Assembly (NCBI GenBank): GCA_032718475.1
Contig: JAUCBJ010002627.1
Coordinates: 1 to 37,776 of the forward strand
Direction of reading: 5' to 3'
DNA: 37,776 bases
DNA from: Nemertoderma westbladi
Taxonomy: Eukaryota > Animalia > Xenacoelomorpha
The position numbers and the translations under genes are program-made. Within the stretch, counting starts at the first letter, position 1. Every line of letters starts with the position of its first letter. Below are positions 10,674 through 21,331 of this stretch, one piece after another. A model generated the notes under the pieces. That model had not been told where the DNA came from, made no database searches, and saw only the letters and a program-made list of their open reading frames with translations.

Positions 10674-12035
10674 TCAGTCCAACATTTGGATGACTAAACT
10701 CAACTCGACTAAGGTGCGCCCTCTAGCAGGCAGCACTTTCCTACAGCCCTCCTGTATCTATGCCCTCCTCTTTCTATCTTTCGCCCCTATCTTACCACCT
10801 ACCCGCACTTCTACCGATCGGACTCTTCTGTCCTCATCGGAGTAAGTGCTGACAACTCTCGCCAATCTCCATTGGTTGTTGATGATGGTGTCGTCTGTGA
10901 CGATCACCAGATCACCCTCCTTTAATTCCCTAGTGGTGTTCCTCCACTTGCTCCTCCTATGAAGTGTGGGTAGATATTCCTCGACCCACCTCCTCCAGTA
11001 CTCCGCGCTTATCGCCTTAGCGACTTTCCAACTTTGTCGGGAGTGTATATCGTCTGGGTATACACCCCCCATGTCGATGGTCGCCAGCCTTTCCATTAGA
11101 AAGTGACTGGGCATCAGCACATCTAATGACTCTGGGTCATCATTTTCTGGATATAGCGGTCTGCTATTAATGATACCCTCACACTTTGCTAGTACCGTCC
11201 TTAGTACATCCTCTGTTACCATGTGGGTGTTCATCAACTTCGTCATCAGACGCTTGGAACTACCCACGAGTCTCTCGACGCATCCTAGAGTATGCGGAGC
11301 ATACGGCGTCCTCCTCTCCCACTTCACCTGTCGTCTTCTCATGGCTGCCCTGACTTCCTCCCCTTCCAGGATATCCAAGGCCTCTGCCATCTCATTTTCC
11401 GCCCCCACAAAGTTGGTTCCATTATCGGAGTATATTACTGCGATCGTCCCACCTTTGCAGTCCCTGAACCTCTCTAGGGCATTGATGAATGCCGACGCGG
11501 TTGCGTCTTGGGCGAGTTCTATCCCTACCGCCCGTGTGTTATTACATACAAAGATAATGCCATAACGCTTCTCTGTGTGCCGCATCACATTAATCTTTAT
11601 CAGCCCGAACATATCTACACCGCAGTGTGTGAATGGCGGGTCGTGTTGTCTCACCCTGCTGGCTGGTAATGGCGCCATCTCCTGTATAGCCCGCTCCTTC
11701 TTTGCCCGTCGGCAGGTCTGGCACTGCTCCACTACCGCCTTTACCTTCTTTCTCAACTGTGTGATCCAAAAGGTCCTCCGTATCTCCGTGAGGGTCCGGT
11801 TGGTGCCCCCGTGCAATATCGACTTGTGGGAGTCCCAAATGATCTGGTGCACTATTGGCGATTTATTAGGAATGATGATGGGTTTTGGTGGTATAATGAG
11901 GCTGTTATTATTTAGCACTCTAGAGTTCATTACTAAGATCCCATCGTCATTGAGTTGTGGCGACAGTGCAATCAGCTCGCTGTCCCGTCGGAGATGTTGC
12001 TGTTTACCGATTCGTTCCACCTCGTCGCCGTAGTT
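10674..12035 (-). pseudogene. BEL-1 integrase
   Basis: HHCC zinc finger (H..HGG..CQTC), DDE core (GVDMFG, YSDNG, VER), WRRWVEEYL and WRLARV; reads through a TAG at 10758 to the terminal RTLVELSLV motif. Confidence 0.92.
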
Positions 12036-13139
12036 CTATCTTTGTTCGTGACGGATCACGGCCCTGGCCGCTCCTTCCAGATCAACGTTTGGTTTCTTCT
12101 TAGTGTCTTTTACGATCCCCTTTAGGAAGTCCCCGAAGGCTCTCCAGTACGCCACTAACTTCTTGGTCTTGTACCAACTTGAGCTGTAGCTAAGGAGTTT
12201 GTCCGTCGGATTGTCGCACAGTTCTTCCGGTTTTGGTTGCACGTCCCTTATCTCCCTCACCATCTGGCTATATATCTCCTCAGCTTCTGAATCTCCTCCT
12301 TCCTCCTCTAGTGCTACTTCCTCTGAGCCCGGGTCCACCTTCTTCATCGGTGGCCAGGCTGTCCTGTCGTTCAGGAATTGTGGCACGTGCTGCCACAGTA
12401 CTTCCTTCTTCAAGAAAGTGTGGCGTGCCATGCCCCTTGATAACAAGTCTGCTGGGTTCTCGTCCATTGGGCAGTAGTGCCACCTTTCTAACTCTGTCGT
12501 TGCCCTTATTTCGTCCACCCTGTTTGCAACAAATATAGGGTATCTCGTCTTTTTGTTATGTAGCCAACCAAGCACTACCATGGAGTCCGTCCAGTAGTGT
12601 GTTTCCACTATGTTGGGAATAGCTTCCATCAAGTAGGCTGTGGCCCTAACTCCTAACCTCGCAGCTGTCAACTCGAGTTTCGGAACCGATGCTGAATCTG
12701 GCGGTGTCGACTTCACTTTGCTGAATGCAGGTCTGGGCTTGTGAGCCCCCTCTCGTTGTACTAAGTAGAGTGCCGCTCCGTATGCCTCTAATGACGCATC
12801 AGAGAACATATGTAGATCCAGATTCGTCATGTACCCATCCGGGAAATACACGCGTGGCATGCTGTATATTCCCATCTGCTCTAAACTCTCTGTCCACTTG
12901 CACCACTGCTTGCTGATCTCTTCCGGTACCTCTGTGTCCCACTCGTCCTTTAGCTTATATACCTTCTTAAGTATTTGCTTCCCCGTGACTAGTAATGGGG
13001 ATGCTAGGCCTAAGGGATCGTATATCCTTGCTATGTACGATACATAGCCCCTCTTTGTGTGGATGTCCGCCCCCTCCTGGCTTAACTGGTACTTCAACTC
13101 GTCTGTCTCTCGGTTCCACATGATCCCTAATGCCTTCTG
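12036..13139 (-). pseudogene. BEL-1 RT connection and RNase H region
   Basis: KALGIMW, TKR..IYDPLG, HMFSDAS, PKLELTAA, WTDSMV, NPADLLSRG; in frame with neighbours across single stops at 13140 and 12036. Confidence 0.92.
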
Positions 13140-13935
13140 TTAGGACTCTACCCTTTTGTTCACCATGTCCTGTCCCTTGGCTGTCGTGGGATTATCCATG
13201 GTCGACTCTGGCCTCCTGTCCTCTATGGCTTTCATGAACTCTTGCGAGCTGGATTGGAACTTGGTTAGGTTAAACCCGGATCCTTTTAGGATGTCGGGAA
13301 CCTCGCGCCCCGTATCCAGTAGTTCCTTAACCATATTTCCAGACTCCATCCCGTCGTCTACATAGAAGCCGCATTGAATCATATCGACGGCTTTGGCGCT
13401 ATATTTATCTTCCTTCCCTTCTACCGTGTCCCTCACGGCCACAGTCGTCGTGAAAGAGGACGACTTGGCCCCCATATTCTGTACTACCATCTTGTACATC
13501 GGTATTGTCGACGGTTCCTCGTCGCCATTGTACCATAGGAAGTGCTGACTGTCGCTATCCTCTTCCGTTACACGGACTTGGTTGAACATGCCTTCGATGT
13601 CGCAGGTGAAGGCGTGTTTCCCGTTCCTGAATCTGAGTAGGACCTCGATCCCTGAGTTATAGATATTGGGACCCTCCAGCAGATAATCGTTTAGGCATTT
13701 GCTGTTGGTCTTAGCCGATGCGTCAACTACCATCCGCAGTTTACCTATCTTCGGGTCTAGAGCCACATGGAGTGGCAGGTAGTAGGTCCTGTCCGTGTTC
13801 GGTTCATCGACCGGTAGCTCCACGGCCCATCCTTTCTCGACATACTTGCTAATCGTCTTATGGATGTACTCATTCTTTTCGGGGCTCCGTTTTAGTGTTT
13901 GCTTCAACTTGCGAAGCCTCGTGAGTACCATTCCG
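13140..13935 (-). pseudogene. BEL-1 reverse transcriptase
   Basis: YYLPLH, KLRMVVDASAK, CLNDYLLEGP, DIEGMFNQV, FYVDD; frameshift to gag-PR near 13920-13945. Confidence 0.92.
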
Positions 13936-16106
13936 GTAACGGTAGTTTTGGTAGTTTCCATACCATCCCTATGGTATACCGCCCCTCGTCGCATCTCATC
14001 GACTCCTTTATGCTTTGTAAAGCCTGCTTGTCTTCTACCGAGGTTCCGACCCCGGTCTCTTTCAATCCCTCAAAATCCTGTCTAAGTAGCCTCCTGAGCT
14101 GCTCCTCCACTCCTTCGTCTTCCATCTCCTGCATAGTTCCCGCGAACATGCATCCTGATGTCTCCGACATCGTAAACGGTATCTTGGTTTTGATTGGGCC
14201 GCTCAGCGTCCACCCGAATGGTGTTAGAATCGCCACCGGGTCACACTGCCTGTCTTCGCCGAAGACCATCTGCATTCTCTCGTGGGCCGTCGGGCAGTCC
14301 ATTCCTACTATAATGGATACCTTCCTAACGTCCACATCAGGTATTGAGAAGTCGATACTGTCCAGAAATTTATATTGTTCGACCTCGATGTTGGTTGGTC
14401 GCCTGGCGTTGATATTTATCGACTCTATCACCTGGATGGGGTCGATGGTCACCCCATAGTCGCATCCCGGTGATATCGCTGCTATCCCGCACCGTCCAGT
14501 CCTCATCTCCAGGACCTCATCTTTGCTGGAGATGGTTGTTACCGCCATTCTACTTGGCCTCGTCCTCAATCCTATCTCTTCGGCCACCCAATTCTCAACC
14601 AACGTGAAGGCTGCTCCACTGTCGACCAGCATCAGCGTGGTTACTGATCGGTTGCCTTCCCCAATCACCCGCACTGGTACTACCCCGAGTAGTACCGTTC
14701 CTCTCTTCTTTGCCCCTACGGTGCTCGTAGCCGTCGTCTGCCCTTTGCCTTGACCGAACTTAATTGGCGTTTCTTCGCATTGGTCGGCTCTATGTCCACC
14801 CGTCACACACCGAGAACAAACTTCGTTCCTCCTCGCGTATTCTGTCTGATCTTCTCTGGGTAGTGCTTGCCAATATCTGCAGTTCATTGTCTGATGAAGT
14901 GCGTTTGTGTGCAATTGGCATTTGTTGTTTGGGTTATAGCCATCCTTGTATAGTGCGCTGCGTATCGCACTTGCATTCGTACCTAAGTCCCTAGTGTTCT
15001 TATTACTTGGGTTCGGCCTACTGGGCGTGTTAGGGTTGTGTTTATTCGTGTTGTTATTTTTCCCCTGTCCGCTCCATGGTGCAGCCTTACCCCTGGCTAC
15101 TTGTGGACTAGCAGTCCCCTGCGTCGCCGCGTATGGCAGCGATTGTCTGAGCTTTGGCAATGCGTTCGCCGTGTTGTGTTCTGGTTTCGGCCTACTGTAT
15201 TCGGTCTTTGGTCCTTTTCCCAGGCTATCCTCGCTATAGACTGGGTCTGTTATTAGTTCGGCTTCGTAGTTAAGGAAGCTCGACATTTCTTCTAGGCCCG
15301 GCTCCGCACCCTTCCTCTCTCGAGTGGAGAAAGCGATTTTCCTCCACTTATTGCGCAGCCAGTTCGGCAGTGCCTGTGCTATCGTGGTGATGTTATTGGA
15401 TGCGTTAAGTTCGTATGGCCCGTCCAGCATCTTTAACACGATTAGCGCTTTCTCGACTTTGTTCGCAAATGTCTTTATGCTAATGGGATTATCCTGTAGG
15501 CCACCCGATGTTATACCTCTCAGGGTTTGCCGGATGATCTTGGCTGGGTGGCCGTACTCCCTGTCTAGCACCCGCCATGCTGTCGTGAAGCCGCCCTCGA
15601 TGCCCTGATACTGCCTCACGATGTCGTATGCTGGGCCTCCTGTATACACTTGCAGATATTTTAGGCACTCCGCCTGCGTCAAGTTCTTCGTCAATATTTC
15701 ATTGCTGTAAATGCGCCGAAACTGCAGGTATTCTTCCGGCCTACTTCCATCGAATTTAAATGGCTCTACGGGTGGTAGTTCGATCCTGGTCTTTAAGGCA
15801 TCGATTAATGTAGCCATTCCCATCGCCTGTGCTTCCAATGGGTTCGATGGATGCCGTACAGATTCTGCCGTTGGGTGCGGTCCGTTCGTCCTATCTGCTG
15901 CCCTTCTCTGTGTTGGGTATATCATAGGGGGTAGCGGCTCCCTCCATATTTCGGTGTCGCATGACCTGTTCTCGTCCAAGGGGTTCGATGTTCTTGTTCC
16001 TATTGGAGTATATTGTTGATATCGCGATGGGGGAATGTCACCCTATCCCCCCCCCCCCCCCCCCCACCGGTATGTTCGGTACTGGGGTTGATGTTAATAT
16101 ATGAGC
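13904..16106 (-). pseudogene. BEL-1 gag core, zinc knuckles and aspartic protease
   Basis: FKFDGS..Y..F Bel/Pao gag motif, CQLH..H..C and CSRC..GH..C knuckles, LVDSGA protease, IIVGMD and TPFGW motifs. Confidence 0.9.
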
Positions 16107-16158
16107 CCATTCCCCTATGAGTCCTTTAGTATCAATATCGTTTGTGAGTCATATATAT

Positions 16159-18470
16159 TCATAACATTAGTCTATCGGGTTTTTTTTTATCACGCTTGCT
16201 GCGTCTTACATAAGTCCAAACGCCATCACCGTCGATGTCATCATGATCATTGTCGCTGTATTGCTTCTGATCGTGATCTATACTATTACCACCTTGTTGG
16301 ACTACTTCCTCCTTGTTCTCTGGTTCTCTGTGGTTTTCTGGTTCTCCATCGCTAAGAAGGCGAAGGAAGCGGCGGTTTCTCCAGTACTCTCGTCCATTGT
16401 CAGCAGCAATTAGGTAACTGCGGTTCCTTGAACAATCCTTGATAATAGTACCTTTCAGGTCCCATTTCTTCGTCTGGTGGTGCTGAATTCTGACTCGGTC
16501 TCCTTGTGTGAAATTGGTTATTTCACGAGTACCTCTGTCATACAATTCCTTTGAGATTCTCTGATTATGTGCGGCTTTAACATCGGCAAATTGTATATCA
16601 TGTTCATCTACATTTTTGAATGATGTTGCAGACGTTGGCAACTTACTTCTCAACTGCCTTCCTATGACCCGCTGAGCCGGGCTGAGACCATCGGCACGGG
16701 GTGTGTTTCTGTATTCCAGTAACGCGTTTGCGAATTCATCTGTCGAAATATCGCCCTTTGGACATACCTTTACAACCAAATCTTTGATACATCTTACTGC
16801 CGCTTCTGCGTATCCATTGGATTCATGGTTGTATGGTGAAGATGGTTGATGGTTAATTCCCCATTCTTGACAAAAGTTTTTAAATTCAGTTCTAAATTGT
16901 GGCCCCCCATCCGTTGTGAGCCTATCAGGAATGCCCACATTTGTAAACCAAACTCTGAATTTCTTCTTTGTAGTATAGGTGTCAACCCCACCGTGCCCAC
17001 ATTCGAAAACATCAGGCCATCCTGAGTATTTATTGGTGATAACTAGATATTCTTTAGCAGCATGGGCGAAGAAATCAGCCGCTATTGATTCACCAGGCCT
17101 TGTGGGTCGCACATCAGCCATCATAGGTTCCTTCCGATTACTAGCTTTATGGACCTCGCACTCATTACACTCCGAAACTAATGTCCCTATGTCATTGCTG
17201 ATGCCAGGCCAAAAGACGCACATCCGTGCCCTTCTGAGGGCTCTGTCACGCCCTTGGTGTGCTGCATGCAATTCTTTTAAAACAACTTTACGCATGGCTA
17301 CGGGTATAACAATGCGATTCCCTGCATACATGACCAAATTGTCAACAATTGATAGCCCATTACGAAAATTCCAATATGGTCTTAACATTTCACTAACCAT
17401 GTGTTTGGTGGGTGGAAATCCTGAAGCGATTAGCTTACGAAGTTCAAAATAAGCTGGGTCACGATTTGCCTCTTGTTTAACCTTTTCCCAGCCTACACCC
17501 TTGGTGTTTGTCGTGGGTGGAGAGACATTTACTGTATTAAGGCTGTGTGCTGCGCTTAACAACGAGGTGTGAGCGAACTCTTCTATTTCGGTCTCACCTG
17601 GTTCATCTTCTGTTGTTGGATGTGAAACTGGGAACCTAGAAAATGTGTCTACTACTGTATGTGTAATTCCTTGTCTCCATATAGCAGAAGGTCTGTAGCA
17701 GGCAAGCTTTTCTTTTAAACGAATGATTCGTGGTGTCTCGATTTGGTCTAATGTTTTTCCATTAATGATGGATATGAGAGGTTTATGGTCTACAATGAGC
17801 TCAAAATGAGCCCCCTGAAGAAATAATTTGCTCTTGTGAGTGGCCCATACTACGCCAAGGAGTTCTATTTCAGTAGCTGAGTATCTCGATTCAGTTGTCG
17901 TCAATGTTCTAGAACCGCACTGCAGTAGCTTCCATATACCTGCTTTGTCTTGTTGCCATAGTGCAAATCCTAGACCTTTTGATTGGGCTGCATCAGTTTC
18001 TAACCGTAGTGGAGCGTCAGGTATGAAGTTAGTGAGTACTCTAGGGGACATAAGGATCTCTATTATTGATTTAAAAGACTTTCTTTGGTCTGCTTCCCAT
18101 ATAAACCGGGTCTTATGCGAGGTTAGAGCCATAAGAGGTTCTGCTGCTTGTGCCAAGTCTGGTGTGAAGGCCTGAAATTGTTGGATAAGGCCACAGAATG
18201 ATCTCACATCAGTTGTTGACTTCGGCTCTGGGAAGTTTGTGAGTGCACTTGTCAGGGAAGGGTTAACACTATAACCATTTTGGTTGACAACATAACCGCC
18301 CCATTCTACTTCAGGTTGCCCAAACATGACTTTGCGCTTACTAAGCGTTATACCATTGTCATTAAAACGTTGTAAGATAGAACGCACCCTCCGTTCATGA
18401 TCATCTATGTTGGTGTCATATACGATGACATCTTCAACCACCTTCTTAAAATTATCAACGCCTTCCATGG
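16159..18470 (-). CDS. Gypsy-A pol, C-terminal part (RT end, RNase H, integrase)
   Basis: KVVEDVIVY, LETDAA, YSATEIELLG, VDHKPL, HAAHQG..CNEC, ADFF, TDGGPQF, SNGYAE; the first ~30 aa of the ORF-track call come from the Gypsy-B LTR. Confidence 0.92.
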
Positions 18471-18645
18471 TATAAGATATGGGTGAGATAGATGGATGGA
18501 TTATTATAGGCTGCTGACTGCTGAGTGTAACTGTGGTGGTGGTTGGTATTCTGGTCATTGCAGTATTGTGCGGTTTGTAGTCTGACAGTGCTAGATGATT
18601 ATAAGATTAATACATTTTGAATAACTGACACATTTATATCTTATA
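18471..18645 (+). repeat. Gypsy-B 5' LTR
   Basis: TATAAGATAT...ATATCTTATA termini; identical by eye to 21157-21331. Confidence 0.95.
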
Positions 18646-18668
18646 AGCTAACCGGGCTTGCAGCAGTG

Positions 18669-19544
18669 ATGGCTCCGAAACTTTCGGATTATGTTAAAAA
18701 GTACAATGGTACGGGTGATCCATCTGCTTGGCTAATGAGGTTCGATGACACTTACGACGTGATGAAAGCGGAGGCCGGATTGAAAGAGGAATCGCGGGCA
18801 ACCTATTTGCGACTGTCAATGGAGGGCGCAGCGTACAACGTAATTAGTCAGCTATCGGATGCAGAAAAGGCGGACTATGATATTCTGAAACGATCATTGA
18901 TAACAGCGTTCGCAATCAACGAATATACGGCGTTCGAGCAATACAAACAGCGTCGACTGAAGGAAAAGGAATCGCCAGATACGTTTCTGGCAGAACTGAA
19001 GAGGTTATTAGGGTTGGTCACTGGGGGCGATGTTCAATCTAGGTGCGCGCAGCAGATATTGGCGGTTCAATTCGTGAGTGGACTACTGGATGAAATACAA
19101 AACGAGACGAAGGCGTTAGCAGGTGAGACGGATTTGAGTAAACTGTTAGCACAGGCAAGGCGGTTATTGTCTGAGTCGGAGCGAAGCGAAGCTCAGCTGG
19201 TAGGGGCGGCGGCGAGATACGGGGATAGGCAGGGAAACAAGGGATATTATCGTCCAACTGTGGATTCGAATCGAGATTATAAAGGGAACTGGCGACGGGA
19301 CAGTGGTATGGAGTCACGGGGAGGAGATCAGGGTAGAGGGTCAGGATGTTTCCGTTGCGGTAAACCCGGCCACTTTGCGCGTGAGTGCTACAGCGACGTA
19401 GGAAATTTAGGGAATAGAAACCAGAGCGGAACTGCGACAGGGACTGTTAAACCGAACACGGGTTGCTTTAGATGCGGGGGTGCTGACCATTTAGCGAGAG
19501 GGTGCGTGGCATTCATCCCGACGACGAAGCCGGGAAACGAATAG
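18669..19544 (+). CDS. Gypsy-B Gag with two CCHC zinc knuckles
   Basis: YNGTGD..W and LEG-A-like gag motifs, CFRCGKPGHFAREC, CFRCGGADHLARGC; intact ORF. Confidence 0.92.
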   Translation: MAPKLSDYVKKYNGTGDPSAWLMRFDDTYDVMKAEAGLKEESRATYLRLSMEGAAYNVISQLSDAEKADYDILKRSLITAFAINEYTAFEQYKQRRLKEKESPDTFLAELKRLLGLVTGGDVQSRCAQQILAVQFVSGLLDEIQNETKALAGETDLSKLLAQARRLLSESERSEAQLVGAAARYGDRQGNKGYYRPTVDSNRDYKGNWRRDSGMESRGGDQGRGSGCFRCGKPGHFARECYSDVGNLGNRNQSGTATGTVKPNTGCFRCGGADHLARGCVAFIPTTKPGNE

Positions 19545-19579
19545 GGGGAGGCGTCGTGTGTGCCAGCGGTCGTCTCCCC
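19532..19579 (+). promoter_or_regulatory. -1 programmed ribosomal frameshift signal
   Basis: Slippery heptamer G GGA AAC (19532-19538) in gag phase, ~6-nt spacer, stem GGGGAGGCG / CGTCTCCCC; pol is in the -1 frame. Confidence 0.85.
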
Positions 19580-20305
19580 GGAGGACAAGTCGGTGATCTT
19601 CCGACGAAAAATGTGAATTGTGGAGGGAAATTTGTGGAAGCATTGGTCGATTCTGGGTGTAGCAGGAGTATATTATCGCGGAAGTTCGCAGCGAGAATTA
19701 ATGGAACATTTGAGGAACCAGGTAATAAATCAAACATAACTATGTTAGACGGGTCTACAGCTACGCAGTTGGTAGGAAAGGTTAGTACTGTGTTACAGAT
19801 TGACAGGATGCCGGAGTTTGTTTGGGAATTCTTGGTTGTTGATCATATAGTAGGAGAATTAAATATGATATATGGGTGGGACTTAATAAAGAAAAGCAAC
19901 GGCATTTCATTTATAGGAACAGACGACGGTAAAATGGAAGTAAGTGTCGGGTCAGGGGGACAATGGTCAGTATCAGCAGTAGCCAAAACGACTACAGAAC
20001 CAATCCTAAGAATAGATAAAGACGATTTTTGTGCAGTTTTCGATGGTACTAATTGGCAAGTGGAGTACAAATTCGAAGCTGGCTCTCCACCAGGTAGACT
20101 AAACAATACAGTACGGGAATATCATATTCCAACAGAACTACGTAGCAAGTATGAGAAAGGAGTAGGAGAGTGGATAGAGAAGGGATGGTTGCAAGAATTT
20201 GAGGGTGATTATATGGCACTGATACCTCTGATGTATAAAAATGAACCCCGCAAAGATCGAGTGCGCCCCATTATGGATTTTAGAGAATTAAGCGAATATT
20301 TATAG
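19538..20305 (+). CDS. Gypsy-B protease plus truncated RT start
   Basis: ALVDSGC protease motif, MIYGWD, then LIPLM..VRPIMDFRELS and a stop at the deletion junction. Confidence 0.88.
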   Translation, partial: RIGGGVVCASGRLPGGQVGDLPTKNVNCGGKFVEALVDSGCSRSILSRKFAARINGTFEEPGNKSNITMLDGSTATQLVGKVSTVLQIDRMPEFVWEFLVVDHIVGELNMIYGWDLIKKSNGISFIGTDDGKMEVSVGSGGQWSVSAVAKTTTEPILRIDKDDFCAVFDGTNWQVEYKFEAGSPPGRLNNTVREYHIPTELRSKYEKGVGEWIEKGWLQEFEGDYMALIPLMYKNEPRKDRVRPIMDFRELSEYL

Positions 20306-21042
20306 AGTGGGGACCCCCTGAAGAAATTATACCCGATAATGGTCCTGCGTTCCGCAGCAATGAGTTTAAAAGTTTCTTAAATAAATGGGAGGTGAAACTG
20401 AAGCCTTCGTGCGCATACAGACCTAGGGGAAATCCCGTCGAAAGAATGCATCGAACTATAAAAGCGTGGGCGTCAAGATCTAAGAAAGATCCAGTTCAAG
20501 TTACATTCTGGTACAACAGAACATCAGTAAAAGATAACCAGACACCAATTCAGAAAGTCATGGGTGAACGAGTGGAAAAGTTGCCTGGCATAACAAAGCT
20601 GCTAGAAGACAGAGAGGTAATAGACAACCCATATAAAATGGGAGATTTGATTTACGTCAAGCCTGAACAGAAGTGGCGTTGCTACAAAAGGTGGAAAGGA
20701 CCAATGGAAGTAGAGGAAATTCCAGATGAATGGTCGGTTGTAGTAAAGGGTATCAGACATCATCTACAGGATGTTAGAAAGATTCACGTCGGTAACCAAC
20801 TGGACGTGACATACAATGGGAACATTGACAGGAATATCGACATTGAAGATGAGATGGACACGGACAGTTCAGATGATGAAACTGTAAATGATGATGACAC
20901 TACAGTGAATTACAATGAGGATGATGACAACGACAATATAGATGATGGAAGTAATGCAAATGATATTGAGGTCGTTCCGGAGTTAGGATATGTAACTCGA
21001 GCGGGGAGAAATTCGAAACCACCAGAGAGATATGGGATTTAG
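20293..21042 (+). pseudogene. Gypsy-B integrase C-terminal remnant
   Basis: EWGPPEEIIPDNGPAF..GNPVERMHRTIK..WKGP..TRAGR..PPERY; zinc finger and first catalytic Asp absent. Confidence 0.88.
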
Positions 21043-21156
21043 ATTAGCTAAATATCGATTGGAGCTATTTACTTGAACATGGTGTTAAATATACGTTTAC
21101 TATAAACTGGGGGGAATATGAGAACACAGATAGTTTATTTTACAAACTGGGGGGAA

Positions 21157-21331
21157 TATAAGATATGGGTGAGATAGATGGATGGATTATTATAGGCTGC
21201 TGACTGCTGAGTGTAACTGTGGTGGTGGTTGGTATTCTGGTCATTGCAGTATTGTGCGGTTTGTAGTCTGACAGTGCTAGATGATTATAAGATTAATACA
21301 TTTTGAATAACTGACACATTTATATCTTATA
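21157..21331 (+). repeat. Gypsy-B 3' LTR
   Basis: Follows PPT GGGGGGAA (21149-21156); identical to the 5' LTR. Confidence 0.95.

Larger units (their letters stand above)
18471..21331 (+). mobile_element. Gypsy-B: young, internally deleted non-autonomous Ty3/Gypsy element (2861 bp)
   Basis: Two identical 175-bp LTRs, 5-bp TSD CATGG (18466-18470, 21332-21336), gag-PR-partial RT-partial IN, PPT. Confidence 0.95.

Noticed and set aside
16047-16065. Poly-C/G tract as a programmed frameshift in BEL-1 gag
   Set aside because: Long C/G homopolymers occur throughout the window and are prone to slippage or sequencing length error
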